Assembly (NCBI GenBank): GCA_963804645.1
Contig: CAWDRG010000009.1
Span: forward strand, 1,184,001-1,248,000
Direction: 5' to 3'
From: an uncultured Bacillota bacterium
GTDB lineage: Bacteria > Sysuimicrobiota > Sysuimicrobiia > Sysuimicrobiales > Segetimicrobiaceae
DNA: 64,000 nt
A model generated the notes under the pieces. That model saw only the letters and a list, made by a program, of their open reading frames with translations, ran no database searches and was not told the origin of the DNA. A program made the position numbers and the translations under genes. The stretch's first letter is position 1; each line of letters starts with the position of its first letter. Shown here piece by piece: positions 54,321-63,694 of this stretch.

Positions 54321-55289
54321 TCATACCACGCGACCCGCCGCGCTCCGAGCGGCCGGGCGCCAGTGCGCGATCCACAGCCCCGCCACGACGCAGCCGAGTC
54401 CGGCGAGCGCGAGCGCCGACAGCGTCTCGTGGAGCAGCCATGCGCCGAGCGCGGCTGCGGTGATGGGGCTGAGCGCGAGGAACACGGTCACGCGGGTCGG
54501 CTCGGCGTGGCCGAGCGCCCAGAGCCAGAGGTAGTATCCGACGCCGCTGTTCGCCCCGATGAACAGGACGGCCAGCCACCCGTCCGTCGTGAACCGCAGC
54601 GGCTCCCGGAAAAATCCTTCGCCCCCGGCGAGCACGGCGAGGAACGCCACGGCGGCCAGCATCGCAAACGCGCTCACCGGCAGGGTCGGGTATTTCCTGA
54701 GATACGGGCGGTAGAGGACGCTGCAGACCGCGCCGCACAGCGCGCTGGCGAGCGCCGCGATCCCGCCCGTCCACGCGCGGGAGACGGCCCCCGCGCCGAT
54801 CGCCCGCTCGCCGAGCGCGAGGGCGACGCCGACGATCGTGAGCAGCACCCCCGCGGTCTTCGCCGCGGTGACGCGTTCGCGCCCGAGCGCCGCGCCGAGC
54901 AGCATCGTCAGGAGCGGCATCGTCGCGAACAGCAGTGCCGCGCGCGCCGACGGGATGAACCGCAGCGCGTAGTTCAGCAGCGCGATCAGGAGACCGAACT
55001 GGATGATGCCGAGCAGCGCGAGCGGCACGAGATCGCGCCGCTCGAACCGCACGCCGCGCGCGGCGGCGAGTGCGGGCGGCAGCAGGCAGCAGAATCCGAT
55101 GACGTAGCGGAGCAGCGCGAGCGACGCCGGTCCGGTTTGGTTGACGACGACGCGGGTCGCGACGATCGCGGACCCGACGAGCACCCCGGTCGCCGCGGCG
55201 GCGCCCGCGGCGAGGAGGCGGGTTCGCGCGGCCGCCCGATCCGCGGAGACGGCCGGGCTACCGGGGGCGCGGTCCCGGATGCCGGGCAT
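54321..55289 (-). CDS. DMT/EamA family transporter
   Basis: About ten hydrophobic segments in two EamA repeats. Confidence 0.88.
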   Translation of the reverse strand: MPGIRDRAPGSPAVSADRAAARTRLLAAGAAAATGVLVGSAIVATRVVVNQTGPASLALLRYVIGFCCLLPPALAAARGVRFERRDLVPLALLGIIQFGLLIALLNYALRFIPSARAALLFATMPLLTMLLGAALGRERVTAAKTAGVLLTIVGVALALGERAIGAGAVSRAWTGGIAALASALCGAVCSVLYRPYLRKYPTLPVSAFAMLAAVAFLAVLAGGEGFFREPLRFTTDGWLAVLFIGANSGVGYYLWLWALGHAEPTRVTVFLALSPITAAALGAWLLHETLSALALAGLGCVVAGLWIAHWRPAARSAAGRVV

Positions 55290-55348
55290 GGCGGCGCGTG
55301 GCTGCGGGATGCTTCGCGAACCGGGCGGGCCGCGTCATCGCGGCGCGG

Positions 55349-56272
55349 TCACAGATCGAGATCCCACGTTTCGCCCACGAGGTCGTGGCCGAAGCCATGG
55401 TACGGTTCTTCGTGCGTCAGCCGGAACCCGGCCTCAACGTAGAGGTGACGGGCGGCGAGCAGTACGTTGTTGGTCCACAGCGTGATCGACCGGTATCGCG
55501 CCAGCCGCGCGAAGCGGACGCACTCGTCGACGAGCCGCCGCCCGATGCCGAGCCCGCGCGCCGCCGGCTCGACGAGCAGCAGGCGCAGCTGCGCGACCTC
55601 GTCGGACTTCCGGACAAGGAAGACGGATCCCACCGGCTCCCCGTCGCGTTCCGCGATCCAGCAGCGCTCCCGCTTGGGGTCGAACTGCCGGATGAACGCG
55701 GCGGCGATCTCCGCCACGAGCGCTTCAAACGTCTCGTCCCACCCGTACTCCCTGGCGTAGAGCACCCCGTGACGCTGCACCACCCAGCCCATGTCGCCCG
55801 GCTGGTGCGCGCGCAGCAGATAGGGGGCCGGCCGCTCCGGCGGCGCTCCCAGCACGCGTTCGATGGTGCTCATGGACGCGATCAGCGCCGCTTGCTCGGC
55901 GTCGGACAAGGTCCCGAGCAGTTGGGCGATCTCGTCCCGCGACCGCGCGTCGAGCGGCGCGAATCCGCCGTGTCCGGTCGGGGTGAGGGTGATAACGTTC
56001 TGACGGCCGTCCGCGTCGGACCGAGTCCGCGCGATGAATCCGCGGCGCTCGAACCCGCGCAGGATGCGGCTGAGATAGCCCGCATCGATCCCGAGCTCCC
56101 GGCCGAGCTGCGTCGCGGTCGTCCGCTCGCGGTGGGCGAGTTCGTAGAGCACGCGCACCTCGGTCAGCGAAAACGGGCTCTTCAGATATCCGCCGAGCAC
56201 GCCGATCTTTTGCGTGTAGAAGCGGTTGAATCGCCGCACGGCCGTGACGCGCTGGTCGAGTTTCGGTTCCAT
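55349..56272 (-). CDS. Bifunctional MarR-type HTH / GNAT acetyltransferase
   Basis: RRFNRFYT, LTEVRVLYEL, DAGYLSR, DGR; QLRLLLVEPAARGLGIG, ARHLY. Confidence 0.92.
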   Translation of the reverse strand: MEPKLDQRVTAVRRFNRFYTQKIGVLGGYLKSPFSLTEVRVLYELAHRERTTATQLGRELGIDAGYLSRILRGFERRGFIARTRSDADGRQNVITLTPTGHGGFAPLDARSRDEIAQLLGTLSDAEQAALIASMSTIERVLGAPPERPAPYLLRAHQPGDMGWVVQRHGVLYAREYGWDETFEALVAEIAAAFIRQFDPKRERCWIAERDGEPVGSVFLVRKSDEVAQLRLLLVEPAARGLGIGRRLVDECVRFARLARYRSITLWTNNVLLAARHLYVEAGFRLTHEEPYHGFGHDLVGETWDLDL

Positions 56273-56337
56273 TGACATTTGATAGCTCCGACATATCGAC
56301 TACGCACGACCAATTGACTTACGCATTCAACTAATTG

Positions 56338-56346
56338 ATTATAGCA
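56338..56346 (-). promoter_or_regulatory. Extended -10 promoter of the MarR-GNAT gene
   Basis: Minus strand TGCTATAAT in an AT-rich intergenic region. Confidence 0.6.
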
Positions 56347-56381
56347 AGCAATACGGAATTGCTTTCGATCTGGTTCCACTG

Positions 56382-56410
56382 TTGACACACGAGAAGGAAG
56401 CGGACATACT
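56382..56410 (+). promoter_or_regulatory. sigma70 promoter of the FadR-oxidoreductase operon
   Basis: TTGACA-17 nt-CATACT. Confidence 0.75.
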
Positions 56411-56421
56411 TGGGGCAACGG

Positions 56422-56434
56422 GTGGTCTAACCAC
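56422..56434. promoter_or_regulatory. FadR-family operator
   Basis: Palindrome GTGGT-CTA-ACCAC just downstream of the predicted start site; matches the TGGT-N3-ACCA type bound by LldR/PdhR/GlcC-like regulators. Confidence 0.75.
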
Positions 56435-56504
56435 TAGGCCACTCGCCGGGGGCGGTACGAACGACAAAATCGTATCGGCCAGCCCCCTTCAACCAGAATC
56501 CACA

Positions 56505-57317
56505 ATGCGTTCTAGCCCGGAAGGAGGCGCAGCGATCTCCCCGGTGCCGAATGCCGAGCGGCCGGTCCAGGCCGACCTTGAGCCTATCAGAAAGACAAAG
56601 ATCTACGCCGAGGTCGCCGCTCAGATTCACCGTCTCATCGCGGAGGGGCGCTTGAAGCCCGGCGACCGGCTGCCCGCCGAGCGCGAGCTGGCCGAGGTGT
56701 TCGGCGTCAGCCGGACGTCCGTCCGTGACGCGATCCGCGTGCTCGAGACCCGCGGCCTCGTTGAGGCGCGCCACGGCGAGGGCACGGTCGTCAAGCAGAT
56801 CCCGATCGACGCCATCGTCAGTCCGCTCGCGGACGCGCTCTCGTCTTCCAAAGATCTCGTCGCGGATTTGTTCGACATGCGCAAGATGCTCGAGCCGCAG
56901 CTCGCCCGCGCGGCGGCGTTTCGCGCGACCGAAGACGACGTGCGCGCCCTCGAGGAGATTGTGGCCCGCCAGCGCGGGCGCGTCCTGGCCGGCGAGAACG
57001 CGGTCGACGAGGACCACGCGTTTCATTACCGCATCGCCACCGCCGCCAAGAACCCGGTGATCCTGCGCACGATGGACGTCCTCATGGACCTCCTGCGCGA
57101 GAGCCGGGTCCGATCGCTCCAGGGCCCGGGACGCGCGGAGATCTCGCTCGAGGGGCACTACCGGATCCTGGAGGCGATTCGCCGGCGGGATCCCGAGGGC
57201 GCCGCCGTCAGCATGCGGGTGCACATCGAAGAGATCGAGACGATTCTGTTCCCCGCCGGGACTCCCATTGCGGGCCGGGCGGAGGGAGGTGTCCCATGGG
57301 ACGCGCTGTCTCGGTAG
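56505..57317 (+). CDS. GntR/FadR family transcriptional regulator
   Basis: LKPGDRLPAERELAEVFGVSRTSVRDA HTH; FCD domain (RKMLE, DHAFH, N, H); start uncertain. Confidence 0.93.
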   Translation: MRSSPEGGAAISPVPNAERPVQADLEPIRKTKIYAEVAAQIHRLIAEGRLKPGDRLPAERELAEVFGVSRTSVRDAIRVLETRGLVEARHGEGTVVKQIPIDAIVSPLADALSSSKDLVADLFDMRKMLEPQLARAAAFRATEDDVRALEEIVARQRGRVLAGENAVDEDHAFHYRIATAAKNPVILRTMDVLMDLLRESRVRSLQGPGRAEISLEGHYRILEAIRRRDPEGAAVSMRVHIEEIETILFPAGTPIAGRAEGGVPWDALSR

Positions 57318-58474
57318 AGATCGTCTACCGGGGGATCTATCAGAAGACCCTGGCGAAGAACATCAGCCGGGGCGTCGTGCTCGCCGCGCGGCGGGACGGC
57401 AAGATCGGGATCGCGTTCGGTCGGTACGGCGACTCCCCGGAGCGGAACGGCGTGCCGGCGAAGAACTTCGCGATCGTCGCGCCGAACCAGGACGAGCTCG
57501 AGCTCAGCATGGCGCAATACGAGCCGCAGGAGACCGACGTCACGATCTCAGTTGACGACATGTTGTGCAAGGGCGTCGAGTCCTGGGCGTGGTACGGTCT
57601 TCAGCCGATCAACCAGAAGGTCAAGGAGAACGGCATCCTGGTCGTGACCTCGACGCTGCCGGCGGACGAGATCGTGAAGTTCTGCCACCGGAAGCCGTAC
57701 CCGTACCGCCTCGCCGTCATTCCCGGCATCCCGAGCTTCTCCGGATTGTGGGTGTACAAGAACGACCACACCGACGTCCGGATCCTGGGGGCGCTCGCCA
57801 AGGTGTGTCCGGATCTCGTGGGCCTCGACGCGATGCTCCGGGCGGTCAAAGAGGAGTGGAAGGACGACCTGAAGGTGGTCTCCGCCCGGCGCTCCTACGA
57901 GCAGACGGAGATCCGCGTGGTGAATCCCGACGAGGGCAATCCCGAGATCCCGTACTCGTTCGACCTGCCCGGCTGGACGACGATGCGCGAGGGCGTCGCC
58001 GTTGACGCGATGGTGCTCGGCGAGCCGGTGACGTTCGGCGACCAGGTCGGCGGCTACCGGCCCGCCCGGAACCCCTACTTCAAGAAATTCTCGACGCGGA
58101 CGATGCGGCCGGTCGTCGACTTCGACAAGTGCGTGAAGTGCACGCTGTGCTGGCTGCAGTGTCCGGACAGCTGCTTCGACGTGACCCCGGACCAGACGTA
58201 CGACGTCAACGCGGAGGCGTGCTGCGGCTGCGGCGTGTGCGCCGCGGTGTGCCCGGTGGACGCGTGCATCACCATGGTGAACGAAGCCGCGTTCACCGAC
58301 CACAAGAGCCAGTGGGAGCGCTACAAGACGGACAAGCAGGAGTACGCGACCTGGCTCCGACAGGTGACGTCGCAGCAGCCCGAGCGGTCGCACGGGTTCC
58401 GGTACCGCGGGCAGTACCAGGAGCAGATCGCGAAGTCGCGCGCGGGCTCGGGCGGCGAAGGGGGAGGCGAGTAG
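57296..58474 (+). CDS. 2-oxoacid:ferredoxin oxidoreductase fused gamma/delta subunit (oxalate oxidoreductase delta-like)
   Basis: Gamma-fold N-terminus lacking GRGGQG; 2x[4Fe-4S] CVKCTLCWLQCP and CCGCGVCAAVCP. Confidence 0.85.
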   Translation: MGRAVSVEIVYRGIYQKTLAKNISRGVVLAARRDGKIGIAFGRYGDSPERNGVPAKNFAIVAPNQDELELSMAQYEPQETDVTISVDDMLCKGVESWAWYGLQPINQKVKENGILVVTSTLPADEIVKFCHRKPYPYRLAVIPGIPSFSGLWVYKNDHTDVRILGALAKVCPDLVGLDAMLRAVKEEWKDDLKVVSARRSYEQTEIRVVNPDEGNPEIPYSFDLPGWTTMREGVAVDAMVLGEPVTFGDQVGGYRPARNPYFKKFSTRTMRPVVDFDKCVKCTLCWLQCPDSCFDVTPDQTYDVNAEACCGCGVCAAVCPVDACITMVNEAAFTDHKSQWERYKTDKQEYATWLRQVTSQQPERSHGFRYRGQYQEQIAKSRAGSGGEGGGE

Positions 58475-59703
58475 TGGACGCGGAGGCGACGGCGGTCCAG
58501 CCCGCCGAGGTGGAACAGGAAGCCCTGATCAGCGGCAGCGAGGCGGTGGCGGTGGCCACCAAGCTCGTGGATGTGGACGTGCTCACGGCCTATCCGATCC
58601 GGCCGTACGACACGCTGATGCAGTACGTCGCGAAGCAGATCGCCGACGGCGAGCAGGACGCCGAGTACATCGTCGCCGAGAGCGAGCACAGCCAGTTCGA
58701 GATCGCGAAGCACGCGTCGGCGGTCGGCGCACGGGCGATGTGCGGGTCGAGCGGCGTCGGCTGGTGCTACGCGTTCGAGGCGATCGCGGTCACGCCGGCG
58801 CTGCGCCTGCCGCTGATCGCGATGGTCGGGAACCGCGCGCTCGACGATCCGGGCGCCTTCGGCACGGAGCACAACGACGCGCTCGCGGCGCGCGACCTGG
58901 GATGGCTCCACGTATGGGTGGATACCGCGCAGGAGGCGCTCGATACGACGCTGATGGCGTACCGCGTCGCGGAGGACCACCGCGTGTTTCTCCCCGTGGC
59001 CATCAGTACCGACGGCGCGTTTCTCACGCACTCACAGTCGCTCGTGAAGGTGCCGCCGCGCTCCTGGGTCGATCGGTTCCTGCCGAAGTACGACCGCGGG
59101 AACATGGTGTTCCACCCGGACAACCCGATCACGATCGCCCCGCAGGTGAACGAGGACTGGCTGATGGAGATCCGGATGCAGACCGACCAGGCGATGCGCC
59201 ACGCGTCCGGGGTGATCGAGGAGGCCTGGAAAGAGTTCCGCGGGATCTTCGGCCGCGGCGAGGGCAGCCCGTTCTTCGAGGAGTATTACACCGACGACGC
59301 GGAGATCGTGCTGGTCGGGATGGGCACGCTCTCGATGCCCGTGCGCGTGGTGGTGCGGAAGCTGCGCGAACAGGGGCAGAAAGTCGGATTCGTGCGCATC
59401 CGGTGGTTCCGGCCCTTCGACCACGAGGGGCTCGGCCGCGTGCTGTCCCGCTTCCAGGGCATCGGCGTCATCGACCGCGACTTCTCGATGGGGTCGCCCT
59501 TCAACAGCGGGGTGGTCGCCAACGAGATCCGCGCGGCGCTGTATCCGCAGGACCGCCGTCCCCCGGTGGTGGGGTTTATCGGCGGGCTCGGCGGCCGCGA
59601 GGTGACGATCCCGAACGTGCGCGAGATGTTCGACCTGACCCGCAAGGCCGCCGAGAGCGGCAAGTCCCCCACGGACACCGTCTGGATCGGCGTCCGGGCA
59701 TAG
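58474..59703 (+). CDS. 2-oxoacid:ferredoxin oxidoreductase alpha subunit (oxalate oxidoreductase-like)
   Basis: SGSEAVA, AYPIRPY, ESEHS, GSSGVG, NRALDDPGAFGTEH, FRPF, GLGG. Confidence 0.88.
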   Translation: MDAEATAVQPAEVEQEALISGSEAVAVATKLVDVDVLTAYPIRPYDTLMQYVAKQIADGEQDAEYIVAESEHSQFEIAKHASAVGARAMCGSSGVGWCYAFEAIAVTPALRLPLIAMVGNRALDDPGAFGTEHNDALAARDLGWLHVWVDTAQEALDTTLMAYRVAEDHRVFLPVAISTDGAFLTHSQSLVKVPPRSWVDRFLPKYDRGNMVFHPDNPITIAPQVNEDWLMEIRMQTDQAMRHASGVIEEAWKEFRGIFGRGEGSPFFEEYYTDDAEIVLVGMGTLSMPVRVVVRKLREQGQKVGFVRIRWFRPFDHEGLGRVLSRFQGIGVIDRDFSMGSPFNSGVVANEIRAALYPQDRRPPVVGFIGGLGGREVTIPNVREMFDLTRKAAESGKSPTDTVWIGVRA

Positions 59704-59715
59704 GGAGGAGACGCG

Positions 59716-60744
59716 ATGGACAGTCCTGAGACGACCACGATCCCGCTGCCGGTCCTCGAGCCGTTCAAGGGTGTGAAGCGGGTGCCGCTCGAGGAGTATT
59801 ACACCTCCGGGCACCGCACGTGCCAGGGGTGCGAGTCGGCGCTGGTGATGAAGCTGATGGTCAAGGCGGCCGGCCCCCGCACCGTCGTGCTGGGCAGCAC
59901 CGGCTGCATGTACGTGGCCAACACCACCTACTACAGCACGCCGTGGGTCGTGCCGTGGATGCACACGCAGCTCGGCTCCTCCGGGTCGGCCGCCGTGGGC
60001 ACCGCCGCGGGGTATAAGGCGCTGATGCGGAAGGGCAAGATCAAGGCCGAGCCGATCAACATCATCTCGTTCTGCGGCGACGGCGGCGGGGCCGACATGG
60101 GGCTATCCGCGATCTCCGCGGCGCTCCAGCACACCGAGTACAACCATCTGATCCTGCTCTACGACAACGAGTCCTACGCCAACACGGACATTCAGGCGTC
60201 CGGCAGCACGCCCTACGGCGCGTACACGTCGTTCAGCCCGGCCGGCAAGGCGAAGCGGATCCTGAACCGGCGCTGGAAGAAGAACACCGCGGCAATGCTG
60301 GCGGCCGGGCATTCGGAATGCCGCTACGTCGGCACCGTGTGCGCCAGTTACGCGGTGGATTTCATGAACCGGATCCGGAAGGCCCTCACGATCGGCGGTC
60401 CGACGTTCATCCACTCGTTCGACCCGTGCCCGAAGGGCTGGGATTACGATCCGATGCTGTCCCACGAGATGGGAGAGCTCGCGGTCCTGTCCGGCGTCTT
60501 CCCGCTGTTTGAGGTCGAGGACCACCAGCTGAGGCTGTACGGCAAGTCGAAGCAGATCGCGGAGGGGCGCCAGAAGCGGCTCCCCGTGCGCGACTATCTG
60601 CTGAAGCAGGGCCGCTTCGCGCATTTCAACGACGACGACATCGACTACTATCAGGCGAAGATCGACGACATGTGGACCAAGTGGCTGATCCCGGGGGTGT
60701 TGCCGTTCGGGACGGACATCCTCAACGACCAGCCGCCGGCATAG
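59716..60744 (+). CDS. 2-oxoacid:ferredoxin oxidoreductase beta (ThDP-binding) subunit
   Basis: GHRTCQGC, TGCMYVANT, GDGG...DNESYANT, PCPKGW. Confidence 0.92.
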   Translation: MDSPETTTIPLPVLEPFKGVKRVPLEEYYTSGHRTCQGCESALVMKLMVKAAGPRTVVLGSTGCMYVANTTYYSTPWVVPWMHTQLGSSGSAAVGTAAGYKALMRKGKIKAEPINIISFCGDGGGADMGLSAISAALQHTEYNHLILLYDNESYANTDIQASGSTPYGAYTSFSPAGKAKRILNRRWKKNTAAMLAAGHSECRYVGTVCASYAVDFMNRIRKALTIGGPTFIHSFDPCPKGWDYDPMLSHEMGELAVLSGVFPLFEVEDHQLRLYGKSKQIAEGRQKRLPVRDYLLKQGRFAHFNDDDIDYYQAKIDDMWTKWLIPGVLPFGTDILNDQPPA

Positions 60745-60826
60745 ACTGACGCGCTCCGGACGAATCATGCTCGCGTTGCGGCGGGCGGCGCGCGGGCTCG
60801 TGCCCGGGCCGCCCGCCGCGGTTCGT

Positions 60827-60856
60827 TTGACGGTCGTCTCGGGGCAGTGCTAGAAT
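60827..60856 (+). promoter_or_regulatory. sigma70 promoter of the proS operon
   Basis: TTGACG-18 nt-TAGAAT with an extended TG. Confidence 0.65.
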
Positions 60857-60954
60857 GACGACGCACTCACGGAGCCTCCCGTCCCGGGGACGTGGAGGCT
60901 CGTGTTGTGCCGCCGCCGGCGTGCCGTCGGCGACCACGGCGCGGGAGGCGGAGG

Positions 60955-62418
60955 ATGCCGGGGCCATCCGGGCAGTCCATCGAGGAGAGCGGGTTCGTTA
61001 AGGAAATCCCCTCCAAAGCCGCGCAGTTCTCCGAGTGGTACACGGCCGTCGTGCTCAAGGCCGAGCTCGCCGATTACTCGCCGGTCCGGGGCTGCATCGT
61101 CGTGCGGCCGTACGGGTACGCGATCTGGGAGCTGATGCAGCAGGGCCTCGACGGCCGCTTCAAGGCGACCGGGCACGTGAACGCGTATTTCCCGCTGTTC
61201 ATCCCGCAGAGCTTTTTCGCCCGCGAGGCCGAGCACGTCGAGGGGTTCGCGCCCGAGCTGGCGTGGGTGACCCGCGGCGGCGGCGAGGAGCTGGCCGAGC
61301 CGCTCGCGGTCCGCCCGACGTCCGAGACGATCATCGGGCACATGTACGCGCGCTGGATCCGTTCGTACCGCGACCTCCCGGTGCTGATCAACCAGTGGGG
61401 CAACGTCGTGCGCTGGGAAAAGGCCACGCGGCCGTTTCTCCGGACGATGGAGTTTCTGTGGCAGGAGGGGCACACCGCGCACCGCACGGCCGAGGAGGCG
61501 GAGGCCGAGGCGCGGCAGATGCTCGAAGTCTATCGGGACTTCGTGGAGACCGACCTCGTGATCCCCGTGCTGTCGGGGCGGAAGCCCGAGAGCGAGAAGT
61601 TCCCGGGGGCGCTGCGATCGTACACGATCGAGGCGCTGATGCCGGACGGCCAGGCGCTCCAGTCGGGAACGTCGCACAACCTCGGCCAGAACTTTGCGCG
61701 GGCGTTCGACATCAAGTTCCTGGACAGCGACAACACCGAGAAGCTCGTGCACACGACGTCCTGGGGCGTGAGCTGGCGCGCCCTCGGCGGGCTCATCATG
61801 GTGCACGGGGACGACCGCGGCCTCGTGCTGCCGCCGCGGGTCGCGCCGTTTCAGGTCGTGATCGTGCCGATCCTGGCCGGCAAGGACCGCGATGCGGTGC
61901 TCGCGGCCGCGCGGGAGCTTGCCGGCACGCTCACCCGGGCGGGCGTGCGCGTGCGTCTCGACGACCGCACCGAGGTCACGCCCGGGTACAAGTTCAACGA
62001 CTGGGAGATGCGCGGCGTTCCGCTGCGGCTCGAGCTCGGCCCGCGCGACCTCGCGCAGCGCCAGGCCGTCCTGGTCCCGCGGGTCGGCGGGGCGAAGCGT
62101 CCGGTGCCGCTCGACGGCATTGCGGCGGCGGTCGCGGACGCGCTCGGGATGTTCGGCGCGGAGATGTTCCGTCAGGCGAAGGCGTACCTGGACGCGCACG
62201 TCGTCTCGGCGACGACGACCGACGAGCTGGTGGCGGCGATCGCGGACCGGCGCGGGTTCGTGAGGCTGTGCGCGTGCGACGCGGAGGGATGCGAGCAGGC
62301 ACTCCGCCGCGCGAGCGGGGCGTCGCCGCGGGTCGTCATGGACGAGGTCCCCGAGGGCCCGTGCGTGGGGTGCGGCGGGACCGCGACTCAAGTCGTGTAC
62401 TACGCCCGCGCGTACTGA
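60955..62418 (+). CDS. proS: Proline--tRNA ligase, archaeal/eukaryote-like type
   Basis: [47 protein letters not shown]-terminal Zn motif and ARAY end; no INS editing domain. Confidence 0.97.
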   Translation: MPGPSGQSIEESGFVKEIPSKAAQFSEWYTAVVLKAELADYSPVRGCIVVRPYGYAIWELMQQGLDGRFKATGHVNAYFPLFIPQSFFAREAEHVEGFAPELAWVTRGGGEELAEPLAVRPTSETIIGHMYARWIRSYRDLPVLINQWGNVVRWEKATRPFLRTMEFLWQEGHTAHRTAEEAEAEARQMLEVYRDFVETDLVIPVLSGRKPESEKFPGALRSYTIEALMPDGQALQSGTSHNLGQNFARAFDIKFLDSDNTEKLVHTTSWGVSWRALGGLIMVHGDDRGLVLPPRVAPFQVVIVPILAGKDRDAVLAAARELAGTLTRAGVRVRLDDRTEVTPGYKFNDWEMRGVPLRLELGPRDLAQRQAVLVPRVGGAKRPVPLDGIAAAVADALGMFGAEMFRQAKAYLDAHVVSATTTDELVAAIADRRGFVRLCACDAEGCEQALRRASGASPRVVMDEVPEGPCVGCGGTATQVVYYARAY

Positions 62419-62423
62419 CCGGG

Positions 62424-63032
62424 ATGGGCACCGATCCGGCGTCTCTCTCCGCGGACGCCGAGGCGCGGCGCTGGCGTCGGCGGCACCTGCTGTGGAGCCT
62501 CGGCGCCGGCGTCGTCGCCGGCCTGGCCGCGGTCGGGCTGTGGCTGTCGTTCGGCCCGGCGGGGCGCCCCGGCCAGCCGGCCGCCTCGCTCATCGGCAAG
62601 CCTGCGCCTGAGTTCTCGCTGGCACGCCTTGCCCTCGCGGGGGGGACGCTTTCCCTGAGCAGCCTCCGCGGCCGGCCGGTACTGCTCAACTTCTGGGCGT
62701 CCTGGTGCGGGCCGTGTCAGGCGGAGACGCCGCTGCTCGTGCGGGCGTATCAGACGTACCGGGCGCGGGGCGTGACGTTCGTCGGCGTGGACACGAACGA
62801 CGACCGGGGTGCCGCGGTGGCGTTTGCGCTGCGGTACCACGTCGACTACCCGACGGTGTACGCGCCGGGCGACCGGCTCGCGCTGGCCTACCGGATCGTG
62901 GGGCTGCCGACGACGGTGTTCGTGGACGCGGACGGGGTCGTCCGCGATGAGGAGCTCGGGGGGTTTGCGGACGCTGCGGGCGAGCGGGATCTCGCCGCGC
63001 GCCTCGACCGGCTTCTCCGAGGCGCGCGGTAA
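62424..63032 (+). CDS. TlpA/ResA-family membrane-anchored thiol-disulfide oxidoreductase
   Basis: TM anchor; [22 protein letters not shown]. Confidence 0.92.
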   Translation: MGTDPASLSADAEARRWRRRHLLWSLGAGVVAGLAAVGLWLSFGPAGRPGQPAASLIGKPAPEFSLARLALAGGTLSLSSLRGRPVLLNFWASWCGPCQAETPLLVRAYQTYRARGVTFVGVDTNDDRGAAVAFALRYHVDYPTVYAPGDRLALAYRIVGLPTTVFVDADGVVRDEELGGFADAAGERDLAARLDRLLRGAR

Positions 63033-63136
63033 GGCCGCAGGGAATCTCCGCGCCGCCGTCTAATCACATCGGCAGGGCGTTTTGCGCCGCAGCACGCGAG
63101 CGCGTCACTCCGTCGCTCATGGTCCGGAGGTGGTGG

Positions 63137-63694
63137 ATGTCTTCCCGTACGCTCCTCGCCGGGGCGTTTTTGCTGGTGTGCCTCGGGCTCTCCGCTTGTA
63201 CGGGACGGCAGATCCTGTCGATGCGGGCGCAGCCGCCCGCGGCGCAATCCGCGGGCACTCCGGCGGCGCCGCTGGCCCCGTTTACGGGACCGGCGCTCGC
63301 GGCCACGACGGACTACCCCAAGAACCCGAATTCGCCGCGGCCCGAACCCCCGGCGGAGTACGCGAATCTGAAGAACCCGCTCCCGCCGACGGCGGCCAAC
63401 CTTGCCCAGGCGAAGGACCTGTTCACGGCCAACTGCGCCCCGTGTCACGGACTGACCGGCCAAGGCGACGGCCCCGCCGCATCCGCGCTGAATCCGAAGC
63501 CCGCCGCGTTTGCGACGCCGATCCACGCGAAGCTGCCCGACGGGTACTACTTCTGGCGGGTCACGAAGGGCGGCAGCGTGCCGCCGTTCAGCGCCGCCGG
63601 CTCGGCGATGCCGCCGTGGGAAGGTTCGCTCACCCCGAACCAGCGGTGGCTCGTGATCTTGTACGTGAAGAGCTTCTCCGCGCCTCACAAGTGA
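63137..63694 (+). CDS. Mono-heme c-type cytochrome lipoprotein
   Basis: LSAC lipobox; NCAPCHG heme motif; AMPPW axial Met. Confidence 0.9.
   Translation: MSSRTLLAGAFLLVCLGLSACTGRQILSMRAQPPAAQSAGTPAAPLAPFTGPALAATTDYPKNPNSPRPEPPAEYANLKNPLPPTAANLAQAKDLFTANCAPCHGLTGQGDGPAASALNPKPAAFATPIHAKLPDGYYFWRVTKGGSVPPFSAAGSAMPPWEGSLTPNQRWLVILYVKSFSAPHK

Noticed and set aside
60868..60904. Long hairpin in the proS 5' leader, possible T-box
   Set aside because: Leader is only about 90 nt, with no T-box consensus or U-tract; at most a stability hairpin
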